From: Candidatus Omnitrophota bacterium
GTDB lineage: Bacteria > Omnitrophota > Gorgyraeia > Zapsychrales > Zapsychraceae
NCBI GenBank assembly: GCA_021108075.1
Contig: JAIORP010000090.1
Location: forward strand, 15,828-79,827
Direction of reading: 5' to 3'
DNA length: 64,000 nucleotides
Position numbers and translations under genes: made by a program. Shown one piece after another: positions 44,863-54,234 of this stretch (position 1 is the stretch's first letter; every line of letters begins with the position of its first letter). Under the pieces are notes generated by a model. That model searched no databases. It had not been told where the DNA came from and saw only the letters and a list, made by a program, of their open reading frames with translations.

Positions 44863-47046
44863 TTAATGCTTATATCCTGAAGAAAACATCTCTTTATCCA
44901 AGACAATCCCTTTTTTAGCAAACTCGTCATAAAAGGTTGGCAAATTTCCTACTGAAACAAACTCACCTACAACCTTCCCGTCGTCACTTATTCCTGTTTG
45001 ATTAAAAAGAAAAATATCCGCTAATTTCAAGTGAAACTCTTCATCAAGGTGGAGGGTTTCGGAGATACCCGTTATCTTTCTTGTCCCGTCAGAGAAACGG
45101 TTCACGTGGACAATAACATCAATGGCGCTAGCAATCATTTCATTGATAGCGCGCACAGGCAACTCAATCCCACTCAATAAAATCATGGCGTGCATACGGG
45201 TCATAACGTCTGACGTCGAATTAGCGTGTAGTGTTGTCAAAGAACCGTCGTGCCCGGTGTTCATAGCTTGTAACATGTCTAAAACCTCACCGCCGCGACA
45301 CTCACCAATAACAATTCGGTCCGGACGCATACGTAAACTGTTCGTAAACAAATCCCTAATTGTGATCTCCCCTTTACCTTCCACGTTTTTCGGGCGAGAT
45401 TCAAGACGAGCCCAATGAATCTTTTTTAGTCTTAATTCGGCCGCATCTTCAATGGTAATAATTCGTTCATCGTCTGGGATAAATTCCGAAATGATATTCA
45501 ACAGCGTGGTCTTACCCGAGCCTGTTCCACCGGAGACAATCATATTTTTACGGGCGAGAACACATGCCTGTAAAAAATCTCCCATAACCTTCGACAAACT
45601 GCTGTATCTCTCAAGAAGCTGTCTTAATTCCAAACGTTCAACACCAAATTTTCTAATTGTAATCATTGGACCATTCAATGACAGCGGGGGAATAATCGCA
45701 TTAACACGAGAACCGTCGGGTAAACGGGCATCCACCATGGGGGTTGATTCATCAATCCGGCGGCCAAGCGGGGCGATAATACGGTCAATAATGGCACGTA
45801 ATTTTTGATCAGAAATAAATCTTTTATTCGTTAAGAATATTTTTCCATTTTTTTCAACATAAATCTGATTTCGGTTATTAACCATGATATCGGTCACATC
45901 ACCATCAGCCAAAAAATCCTCCAAGGGGCCTAAGCCTAAAGCTTCATTGATGATGTCGCGCACTAATCTTCGACGTTCATCATGGGCAACAATCCGTCCT
46001 CCCGCTTCCTCCATCAACAAATTCGACACAACTTTCTCTGACAACTTCTTAACCTCTTTAACCGTCTGTTCATCTGTTAAAGCGTCCAAGCGGATCCCTT
46101 CCATATTCAATCGTTCAACCAAACGCTCATGGACCTTCTGCTTAATAGCGATAATTTCATCCTCGGCAGAAGAGAATGCCGCCTCACCAGAACCGGGCGT
46201 TTCCATTTGACGGGAAATACCAAATTTCTCCCAGAACTGACTCTGTTGTGATGTTATCCCATCAGTCGTTCTCTGCCGCTCGATATCCGTTGTTTGGACA
46301 AAAACATCTTTCGTCTTAAACAAATTAACCAATCTGAAAAAAGCATCAGAGACCTTGGATTTGGGACTGTCAATCACACAGGGAACGCCTTGGTTTAATG
46401 CCATCCCAACGGCTTTACCATCTGAAGGGATATGGCTGATAATCTCACACGTCAGAGCAGACCGGACTTCTTGCCACGCCACGCTTCCCCGGCTTTCAGA
46501 GCGGTTTAAAACGAGTTTTACCATTTTATTTGGAAATTGGAGGCTTTGAAGGACTTCCATACACCATTTGATTTGATAAACAGCTAAAATATCTGGTGTA
46601 GCGATAAGCATAATAAGGTTAGAATAATCAAAAATCGTAATGAGTGTCTCGCTAAAAGATTTTCCCGTGTCAATCACAATGTATTCATAACACTTTGCAG
46701 CATTTTTTAGAAACGGTTTAAGATTATCCGGGGATATATGTCCTATCTCTTTTGTATTTTTTACGGCAGGAATAAAATGAAATCCGCTAGAGTGAGAAAC
46801 AACGTAACTTTGTATCACTTCCGGTTCTGTTGTTTCATCAACTTGTGCAAATGAATCAGCTATCGATTTTCGAGGGGAAAGGTTAAGCATTCGGGCCATA
46901 TCTTGTCCCGCTTGAAAGTCTAAATCAATCAATAAAACTTTATAGCCTGCAAGCGCTAACGCTGTCCCTAAATTGACAGCCACAAATGTTTTACCGACAC
47001 CACCTTTATTACTAAATATAGAAATTGTTTTAGCGTTCATATACAC
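44863..47046 (-). CDS. cpaF: CpaE/TadZ (MinD/ParA-like) ATPase fused to the CpaF/TadA pilus assembly ATPase
   Basis: N-terminal deviant Walker A KGGVGKT and DLD. C-terminal GGTGSGKTT, IEDAAEL, LRMRPDRIVIGECRG and MNTGHDGSLTTLHAN. Confidence 0.92.
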   Translation of the reverse strand: MYMNAKTISIFSNKGGVGKTFVAVNLGTALALAGYKVLLIDLDFQAGQDMARMLNLSPRKSIADSFAQVDETTEPEVIQSYVVSHSSGFHFIPAVKNTKEIGHISPDNLKPFLKNAAKCYEYIVIDTGKSFSETLITIFDYSNLIMLIATPDILAVYQIKWCMEVLQSLQFPNKMVKLVLNRSESRGSVAWQEVRSALTCEIISHIPSDGKAVGMALNQGVPCVIDSPKSKVSDAFFRLVNLFKTKDVFVQTTDIERQRTTDGITSQQSQFWEKFGISRQMETPGSGEAAFSSAEDEIIAIKQKVHERLVERLNMEGIRLDALTDEQTVKEVKKLSEKVVSNLLMEEAGGRIVAHDERRRLVRDIINEALGLGPLEDFLADGDVTDIMVNNRNQIYVEKNGKIFLTNKRFISDQKLRAIIDRIIAPLGRRIDESTPMVDARLPDGSRVNAIIPPLSLNGPMITIRKFGVERLELRQLLERYSSLSKVMGDFLQACVLARKNMIVSGGTGSGKTTLLNIISEFIPDDERIITIEDAAELRLKKIHWARLESRPKNVEGKGEITIRDLFTNSLRMRPDRIVIGECRGGEVLDMLQAMNTGHDGSLTTLHANSTSDVMTRMHAMILLSGIELPVRAINEMIASAIDVIVHVNRFSDGTRKITGISETLHLDEEFHLKLADIFLFNQTGISDDGKVVGEFVSVGNLPTFYDEFAKKGIVLDKEMFSSGYKH

Positions 47047-47115
47047 CTACTCCGCTTGATATAATTTGAAAATAATTTTAATGTAAATTATACCTCTAGA
47101 ATAAGATCATACCAA

Positions 47116-48792
47116 CTAATTTTTTGCAAAATTAAAAACGACTGGTATTGTAACACTAATCTCTTGCAGCTCTGTATCAGCCGGAAACTTTTCATATGGG
47201 GCCAATTCTTTAGCAGCATCCAAAGCGGTTACATCAAAGGTTTCATAGCCAGATGATTCTTCTACCAAAGCATATGCTAGTGTACCATCGCTTAGGATGA
47301 GCAGCTCCATCTTAACGATCCCTTGCCAGCCATATTCTTGGGCTTCTGATGGGTAAGCTATCGATCCCATGATCTTTTCTTGGAGACCCTGCACATAAGA
47401 CGCCATCTCTTTTGGAATGTTCGACAAATCAACAGCCGGTGGCTGCTCGTCCATGCCTTCCTCCATGATGGGCTCTTTTACCCCGAACATATCATCAATA
47501 TATTCTTGCCGAGGAGCGCCTAGGTTCTTTTGAGAAGTTAAAATTGTCGGAACCAAGGTGATAACAAGTTCTTGATCTAGTTCTGGAACCGGGTTTGATC
47601 TATTTGTAAAGATCGTTCCAAGCAAAGGAATGCTACTCAAAAATGGAACTTTTCGTATCGTTTCACTATCATTGTGCTTAATTAAACCAGCGAGCAAGAC
47701 ATTTTGTCCGTCGTCCAACAAAAGACTTGTTTCAGCATTACGGCTCGTAAAACCAACATCATCTCCAACCTGGACAGATGCGTCAACATCGCTGACCTCA
47801 ATGTTTAATCTAATATCAATTTTGTTATTTCTAACTATCTTAGGTGTAATATTCATAGATACACCATAAGATTTGAAGGTGACATTTTCCTGAACTTGTC
47901 CGGAACTACTTGCCGTTGTTGTTCGTATCGGAATCTCGCCACCGACTAAAAATGCGGCCTGTTCCCCGCTCTTAACGACTAATTTAGGACGTGATAGAAC
48001 CCGGCCCTTCCCTTCTTCAATCAACGCGTTAATAATGGATTGCAAACCATTTTGGCGCGTAAAATCTCCGATTTTAAACCAATCACCAGGAGATCCATCA
48101 AAAGAAGGAAGTGCTTCTGCGTAATTGAAAACTAAAGTAGGGCTTGCATCGCCTGTTCCCTGCGATGCCCATGAAATACCAATATTTCTTGAAACAGTTG
48201 TGTTTAATTCAGCAATTTGCATATCGATTTGAATGAGACTCGCTTGATCTTCCTCTTCACTCAAATTTATAATTTCTTCCGAGAATGGTGCTACAATTTT
48301 ATCAAATTGCGACCGTCTATCTTCGTTAACATAACCTGTAATAATAACTTTACCTTCTTTGCCATTAATTTCTAAATTAATTGTATCAATTTGAGCTGAT
48401 TCCAATAATTTTTCAATTCGTTTTTGTACGAAATCTAAATTTTGGGTAAGGACATTAACCATTATTGTTCGTTTACCATTTTCATCCCAAATAAAAAGGG
48501 CTGTCTTTCCCATCGAACGGGAAATAAGCAAAAGGCTGACATCATCAGCATCAACAATATCAACAATTGTCGGATCAGCGATTGAAACGCGTGTCATGCT
48601 ATAGACTCTAACCGCAACCAGTTCACCAATAATCATGTTAATCTCGTCATTTTCCATTGAATCAATTAACATGCCATCATCGATGGCATCAGCATTCGTC
48701 GCTATTAAAGCTATTCCCATGACCATAACCCCTAACAATAAACCTAAACTTTTCGGCATTTGACTCATTTTTATAATTATTCTACTTAGCAT
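47116..48792 (-). CDS. cpaC: RcpA/CpaC secretin with a C-terminal TonB-C domain
   Basis: VSIADPTIVD (T2SS-T3SS pil_N-like), SGEQAAFLVGGEIP, KVPFLSSIPLLGTIF and ELVITLVP; then YPSEAQEYGWQG...ESSGY...VTIPVVF. Confidence 0.88.
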   Translation of the reverse strand: MLSRIIIKMSQMPKSLGLLLGVMVMGIALIATNADAIDDGMLIDSMENDEINMIIGELVAVRVYSMTRVSIADPTIVDIVDADDVSLLLISRSMGKTALFIWDENGKRTIMVNVLTQNLDFVQKRIEKLLESAQIDTINLEINGKEGKVIITGYVNEDRRSQFDKIVAPFSEEIINLSEEEDQASLIQIDMQIAELNTTVSRNIGISWASQGTGDASPTLVFNYAEALPSFDGSPGDWFKIGDFTRQNGLQSIINALIEEGKGRVLSRPKLVVKSGEQAAFLVGGEIPIRTTTASSSGQVQENVTFKSYGVSMNITPKIVRNNKIDIRLNIEVSDVDASVQVGDDVGFTSRNAETSLLLDDGQNVLLAGLIKHNDSETIRKVPFLSSIPLLGTIFTNRSNPVPELDQELVITLVPTILTSQKNLGAPRQEYIDDMFGVKEPIMEEGMDEQPPAVDLSNIPKEMASYVQGLQEKIMGSIAYPSEAQEYGWQGIVKMELLILSDGTLAYALVEESSGYETFDVTALDAAKELAPYEKFPADTELQEISVTIPVVFNFAKN

Positions 48793-48795
48793 AAT

Positions 48796-49665
48796 TTACA
48801 ATTCTCTCCCTCCTCGAAAGATTTGAATAAAGGGTTTCCCTTCTTCCGTTTCCTCATCAATCGACGTAATAACTGGTTTCTTCTGTTTCGGTAACATTAA
48901 CTCTGTGCCCTGATGCTCTAAAACAAAATCTGCTAGGGATTCCCAGGAAGCAACTTGTAGGTTCCATGTTTCCTTTTCAGCTGGAGCTCTTAAAGATAAT
49001 TGCAATTGTCCATTCTGTTGTGCAAAGCTCATTAAACCGACTTCTTCGGGCGTAAGCGCTAGCGTAATATTCAATGATCGAGTTTTTGATTGTGCTTCGT
49101 ATTGAGGGGCTTTACCTGCCATCTGAAAATTCGTGCCAACAGCTAAGACCTGTATATTTTGAAATAAAATTGTTGTAACGGTATCCGTTTCACTCGTATC
49201 AACACCTCGACCTGGTACTTCCAGGTGAGACAAAACATCAACAAAGTCACCCGGGCTAATGAGACCGCCAACAGCTGACAACGAATCAATCATGATTGTT
49301 AAAGCCCGCTTTCCTGGAGGTGTTTTAACAGAAAATGAATTCATCTCAACAACAGGGTCTTTTTTCGGAGCTTTTCCTCCTGGTCCACCAGGCTGAGAGG
49401 GTAAATTTGCCACCATCATTTGTTGTTGTTCTTGTTTCTTTCTTAAATCTTCCTGTTGCGCAACAACTTGCCTCATTTGCTTTTTGACGAGTTCTAACTC
49501 TCCAATTAAAGCGGCATTCTTTTTTTGATAATCTTTTGCCATGTCTTTCGCTTGACCTTTAATACTAGATTGGACATAGTGGCTGGTTAAAAACGTTGCA
49601 ACCAAACCCAGGCCTATTGCAAGCGAAATAGAAGCAAATTGCTTTTTGTTCTCAATGTTCATCAT
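48796..49665 (-). CDS. cpaB: Flp pilus assembly protein CpaB/RcpC
   Basis: PPGKRALTI, VGGLISPGDFVDV, ILFQNIQVLAVG, ITLALTPEE and LSLR motifs. Confidence 0.9.
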   Translation of the reverse strand: MMNIENKKQFASISLAIGLGLVATFLTSHYVQSSIKGQAKDMAKDYQKKNAALIGELELVKKQMRQVVAQQEDLRKKQEQQQMMVANLPSQPGGPGGKAPKKDPVVEMNSFSVKTPPGKRALTIMIDSLSAVGGLISPGDFVDVLSHLEVPGRGVDTSETDTVTTILFQNIQVLAVGTNFQMAGKAPQYEAQSKTRSLNITLALTPEEVGLMSFAQQNGQLQLSLRAPAEKETWNLQVASWESLADFVLEHQGTELMLPKQKKPVITSIDEETEEGKPFIQIFRGGREL

Positions 49666-49685
49666 TTTGCGTTACCTCTTTTCGT

Positions 49686-50642
49686 CTAATTTAGTAAATC
49701 TTCGTTTAAGTCAACCTTAGTTTTTTCCCTTAACGTGTCAATATGATCTATGATAATTGTCTGTTGCTTCTCAGTCAACATACGCACTTTTATATCTTGT
49801 TTAATTTCATCGAAAGGAACAACCTCTCCTCCCCGCTTTGCTTCCAGCTTAATGATGTAATAACCTTCAGGCCCTTTAAAAATGCTGCTAACCTCGCCAA
49901 CTTTCAATTTTAATATTTCTTCTCCCATCTCAAGAAAGGGCTCCCTAGTTAGAAAACCTAAATCACCACCTTTGTCTGCACTTTTTCCAACAGAGTGTTG
50001 TTTTGCCGTCTGCAAAAAACTTTCTCCCTTTAAAAGCAAAGTCAGTATTTCTGACGCCTTTAACTTGTCATTAAGGACAATTTCTCGAACCCGATATTCG
50101 ACGGGTGAAGTGAGTTTATCCATATTATCATTGTAAAAATTCAAAACATCCTTATCAGTAACTTCAATACTTTCCGTGAGCTTTCTTGCCATTTCGCGCA
50201 CAATCAACGTTCTTTCAAATTCAGTGACAGCCAATCGAATATCTCGATCTTGATCAAGGCCGATTTCTTTCGCAGATTGGACAAGAAGCTGTTGACGAAC
50301 CAATTCATCTAGGACTAATTTCCGAGCGTCCTTATTTTCAATATCATAGTCAGGAACAACTTCTTTTAAGGCAAGCAATCGTTCTTTAAATTCATCGACT
50401 GACATAGACCAATCACCAACAGTAACTAACGCATCTTCTACTGGTACTTGTGGTTTAATCGCTGCTTGTGATCCTGTGGGAGGTGTTATTTGTTTTTGAG
50501 GGGCAGGTTTTACAACGGAAGTTTCCTCTGGCGATATTGTGTCTGATGCAGATTTAACCATATCACATCCTGTTAAAACAAAATTTGTTGATAGTATAAG
50601 CGAAAAAATATAAAGAAAGATTGTAGTTTTCTTGTTTTTCAA
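49686..50642 (-). CDS. Parvulin-type peptidyl-prolyl isomerase lipoprotein (PrsA/SurA-like)
   Basis: Lipobox LTGC; HS...KGGDLGF and GEVSSIFKGPEGYYIIK motifs. Confidence 0.88.
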   Translation of the reverse strand: MKNKKTTIFLYIFSLILSTNFVLTGCDMVKSASDTISPEETSVVKPAPQKQITPPTGSQAAIKPQVPVEDALVTVGDWSMSVDEFKERLLALKEVVPDYDIENKDARKLVLDELVRQQLLVQSAKEIGLDQDRDIRLAVTEFERTLIVREMARKLTESIEVTDKDVLNFYNDNMDKLTSPVEYRVREIVLNDKLKASEILTLLLKGESFLQTAKQHSVGKSADKGGDLGFLTREPFLEMGEEILKLKVGEVSSIFKGPEGYYIIKLEAKRGGEVVPFDEIKQDIKVRMLTEKQQTIIIDHIDTLREKTKVDLNEDLLN

Positions 50643-50795
50643 GGGAACGCTCCTTTGTGTTGGCGTTATCGAAATCTATATTATTGAGTATACATGGGGG
50701 TTTATAAAAAAACAAGGGGTTTTATGAAATTTCTATTTATACAAATTTCAGTTAAAACATGATAAAATAACAAAAAATTCCCCATTTTATAACCT

Positions 50796-51791
50796 TCATC
50801 CAGCGTTAATCATTGATTGGACAAAATTTTTCTCGCGGTGAAGCTCTTCCAACGTAGTCTTAATTTTTTCTAGGCTGAAATTATTATGATTAATATTAAT
50901 AGGAACTAACAATTTTCCACCATCAAAACGAACAGGAAAACTAAATAAAAGCCCTTTATCAACCCCATAACTGCCCTCAGAAGAAACTGCGACAGAAAAA
51001 AATTCATTCTCCGGTGTTGGAATGCATAAATGTTGTACGGTCTGAACAATAGCATTGGCTGCTGATGCTGCCGAAGATAGACCCCTGGCTTGGATGATTT
51101 CTGCTCCGCGTTTTTGAACCTTGCTGATAAAAGTATTCTGGAGCCACTCTTCATCTATAATTACATCGGTTGCAGGAACACCATTAATGGTCGTGTGGTA
51201 AAAATCAGGGAATTGTGTTGCCGAATGATTACCCCATATCGCTAAATTTTTTACAGCTGAAACAGGAACATGGGCTTTTTCAGCCAACTGAGCGACGGCT
51301 CTATTTTGGTCTAGCATTGTTAAGGCATAAAAATTCTCGTCAGGAATATTCGAACAAACAGATTTAGCGATGTAAGCGTTTGTATTGCAAGGATTTCCAG
51401 TAACTAAGACCCTGCACGTTGACATCGCCACCTCTGACAATGCCCTTCCCTGCTTAATAAATATCTTCCCATTTATTTTCAATAAATCGCTTCTTTCCAT
51501 ACCCGCTTTTCGTGGCACACTACCCACAAGCAATGCCCAATCGGCATCATGAAATGCGACGTGAGGATCATCTGTGCCAATCACTGAAGCCAATAAAGGG
51601 AAGGCACAATCATCCAATTCCATCATAACACCCTTAAGAATGGACAATTGCTGCGATAAATCTAATAATTGAAGATGGACACGTGTCCCAAGACCAAACA
51701 TCTCCCCGGATGCAATTCGAAACAATAAAGCATACCCGATTTGACCAGCTGCTCCTGTAACAGCAACCTTGATTTCTTTAAATGCCTCCAT
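50796..51791 (-). CDS. mdh: Malate dehydrogenase
   Basis: [41 protein letters not shown] and [10 protein letters not shown] motifs. Confidence 0.96.
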   Translation of the reverse strand: MEAFKEIKVAVTGAAGQIGYALLFRIASGEMFGLGTRVHLQLLDLSQQLSILKGVMMELDDCAFPLLASVIGTDDPHVAFHDADWALLVGSVPRKAGMERSDLLKINGKIFIKQGRALSEVAMSTCRVLVTGNPCNTNAYIAKSVCSNIPDENFYALTMLDQNRAVAQLAEKAHVPVSAVKNLAIWGNHSATQFPDFYHTTINGVPATDVIIDEEWLQNTFISKVQKRGAEIIQARGLSSAASAANAIVQTVQHLCIPTPENEFFSVAVSSEGSYGVDKGLLFSFPVRFDGGKLLVPININHNNFSLEKIKTTLEELHREKNFVQSMINAG

Positions 51792-51794
51792 TTT

Positions 51795-52613
51795 CTACTC
51801 CTTAATCTTAAATCGGCCAGGAAACCTCTTCCTAAGCTGGTTGACTTTGTTTATATCTAAATCAGCATATATAACATTTTCTTCATTCCTATTGGCACAG
51901 GCTAATATTTTTCCCCAAGGATCGATAATCATACTATGTCCAAAATGATGACCATTACGATTATCAGGGCCGACTTGGTTTGGCGCTAATACATAACACA
52001 TGTTCTCAATGGCTCTAGCTCGTAATAAAACTTCCCAATGGTCCCGTCCTGTCAGCAAGGTAAACGCAGAGGGCAGGCAAATAACGGTCGCTCCCTTCAT
52101 GGTATAAGAATGGAATAAATTAGAAAATCGTATGTCGTAACATATCGCCATTCCTAGCTTAAATGGCTTTAAATCCACCAAAACCTTGCGTTTACCAGGG
52201 ATAAAATTAGTTGATTCCATTATTTTTTCTTTTTGGACAATAGCGTCGAAAAGATGTATTTTCCTGTATCGACCTTTTATTTGTCCATTCTGATCAATAA
52301 ATATCGACGTATTACACACTTTTTTATATTTATCCACTTTCTCATAAATTGACCCCATCAAAATAGAAATTCGTTCAGCCTGGGCAATTTTCTGAAATAT
52401 TTTTACCGTCGGTCCTGGTATTGATTCCGCCAACAATGTTCTTTCTGCTTGATTAATTTGTCCTCTATATATAAACATTTCTGGCAAAAGGACAAATTTT
52501 GCTTTTCTTCGAATGGCTTTACGGACATAAAAAACAGCTTTTTCGATATTGGCTCGTTTATCATCCGTCGAAGACATTTGAACAACAGCGGTTTTCATCA
52601 TGTTTTTCATCAT
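51795..52613 (-). CDS. Carbon-nitrogen hydrolase (Nit1-like, possibly deaminated glutathione amidase)
   Basis: E-K-C triad motifs LPE, YRKIHLFD and ICYDIRF; HWEVLLRARAIEN. The start is probably one of the Met codons at 52598-52613. Confidence 0.9.
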   Translation of the reverse strand: MMKNMMKTAVVQMSSTDDKRANIEKAVFYVRKAIRRKAKFVLLPEMFIYRGQINQAERTLLAESIPGPTVKIFQKIAQAERISILMGSIYEKVDKYKKVCNTSIFIDQNGQIKGRYRKIHLFDAIVQKEKIMESTNFIPGKRKVLVDLKPFKLGMAICYDIRFSNLFHSYTMKGATVICLPSAFTLLTGRDHWEVLLRARAIENMCYVLAPNQVGPDNRNGHHFGHSMIIDPWGKILACANRNEENVIYADLDINKVNQLRKRFPGRFKIKE

Positions 52614-52654
52614 ATCATTTATGTCTTTTTTTAAAATCCTCGCTAAGCCCTCTC

Positions 52655-53100
52655 CAATACACCCGCTGACACCGTGTATAAAAATCTCTTTGCGTGAGCT
52701 CTTTTTTCCATTCGACAATGTGAGGATAACAACCTAAATCAATATCGGCTAACCGCGGGCATCAAGCTGTGCTAAAAGGCCAATATCCGCAATCGTCATC
52801 TTATTTCCTGCTAAATAAGCCGTTTCAGATAATTGTAGATCTAATACCGGTAAATACTTCTCACAGATCCATTCCTTCCTTTATCAACGGACAATTCCAG
52901 AATCGGCGCAAAAACGCGGTAAAATAAAACTTTTCCGGCAGCAATGAAAATATGTGTTGAACAAAAAGATAGCCATTGATCAACAACAGCCCGCTCTTTA
53001 TTAAGCCCTTTCAGGTAAAGATCTGACTGTGTCTTATCAGCTAAATATTTACAGATGGCATCACTAGAATTCCATTGAGGTCTTTTAACCAATCCCGGTA
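52655..53100 (-). pseudogene. Glutathione S-transferase pseudogene
   Basis: SDAICKYLA...RAVVDQWL in one frame, LPVLDLQLSETAYLAGNKMTIADI in a second, and DLGCYPHIVEWKKEL after another shift; the N-terminus is missing. Confidence 0.8.
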
Positions 53101-53352
53101 TGCGCGATTGAGTTCTAACGCTGATAAACGCAAACGGTAAGGTTTGCTCTCTGTCCTCTTGAATGGTTTTGCGCGTGAACAAAGACTTTCATCCCGTAGG
53201 AATACAGTGCTTCAACGCGTCTTCTTCTTTGAATTTTACGTTCCACATAAACAATTTAAACCCCGCATTCTCTAACAATTAAAGAAATAAATACTTATTA
53301 TACAAAAAAATGTGTGTTAAATTAAGTATAAAACACTTTAAATGCTCGATTA

Positions 53353-53382
53353 AAAAGCCTTATCTGTTCAGGTAAGGCTTTT
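53353..53382. terminator. Intrinsic terminator downstream of pspC
   Basis: AAAAGCCTTATCTG-TT-CAGGTAAGGCTTTT hairpin. Confidence 0.7.
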
Positions 53383-53403
53383 TAAAATGATGACAGCAAC
53401 AAA

Positions 53404-53796
53404 CTAAATATCTCTTTTTCTGGGAATCACCAACCAAAGAATAATATAGCCCAAAATTCCGACGCCAAAAAACAAAGTAAAAACAATAAAGGCTATTCTA
53501 TAAAAAACAGGATCGACCTCAAAGAAGACCCCTAAGCCCCCGCAAACACCGGCTATTTTACAGTCCTCACTCGATAAATATATCCGACGAAGAGCCTGGG
53601 ACGAATCCTTATCCTGATCGTGAACAGGCACCAATATCCACATAATGACATACAAAAGAAAACCTATTCCCGTAATGAACAATAAAAATATAAAAAAAAT
53701 TCTAAAGAAAATCGGATCTACTTCAAAATATTCACCCAGCCCTGCGCAGACACCTGCGATTTTTTTTTCCTGCATGGATCGAAATAATTTTTTCAA
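53404..53796 (-). CDS. pspC: PspC domain protein (two tandem PspC domains)
   Basis: Two copies of KIAGVC(A/G)GLG..FEVDP..RI...Y.I.W...P. Confidence 0.9.
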   Translation of the reverse strand: MKKLFRSMQEKKIAGVCAGLGEYFEVDPIFFRIFFIFLLFITGIGFLLYVIMWILVPVHDQDKDSSQALRRIYLSSEDCKIAGVCGGLGVFFEVDPVFYRIAFIVFTLFFGVGILGYIILWLVIPRKRDI

Positions 53797-53861
53797 AAAG
53801 AAGTCCTTTCTGATTTCACTTTCTATTAAATATAATTTATCTTTACCTAATAGTATATTAT

Positions 53862-53974
53862 AAATAATACCAAATCCATTAATAAATTGCTCTATCTTAA
53901 TTCTGATATTCTCGCTAAATCGTCGAGAAAATCAGAATTGGTTTTGGTCATTATTTAATGAAATTGGTATTATT
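53862..53974. repeat. ~110-bp palindromic dispersed element, copy 2
   Basis: Terminal IR AATAATACCAA/TTGGTATTATT; matches 29162-29270. Confidence 0.8.
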
Positions 53975-54002
53975 ATCGATAAACTGTCTAACTTTTCCAC
54001 CC

Positions 54003-54040
54003 ATCAAAAAAGGCCCATCGGACGATGGACCTTTTTTGAT
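54003..54040 (-). terminator. Terminator downstream of tRNA-Glu
   Basis: ATCAAAAAAGGCCCATC...GATGGACCTTTTTTGAT hairpin with a T-tract. Confidence 0.75.
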
Positions 54041-54046
54041 ATTCAG

Positions 54047-54120
54047 CGACCCCAGCGGGATTCGAACCCGCGTCGCGAGCTTGAAAAGCTCGTGTCCTGA
54101 CCAGACTAGACGATGGGGTC
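54047..54120 (-). tRNA. tRNA-Glu (anticodon TTC), CCA not encoded
   Basis: Acceptor stem GACCCCA/TGGGGTC; anticodon arm CGAGC-TTTTCAA-GCTCG; T-loop GGTTCGAATCC. Confidence 0.95.
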
Positions 54121-54234
54121 GTTTTTATTCATTTGTAAATAAATTCTACGGATCATTGCTACTTAGAGTTTAATTATTATATTCAAGATTAACATTAGGT
54201 CAAGAAAAAATTTTTAAATGCCGCTTTCATATTC

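Noticed and set aside
53958-54173. 71-aa plus-strand ORF
   Set aside because: Antisense to tRNA-Glu and its terminator.
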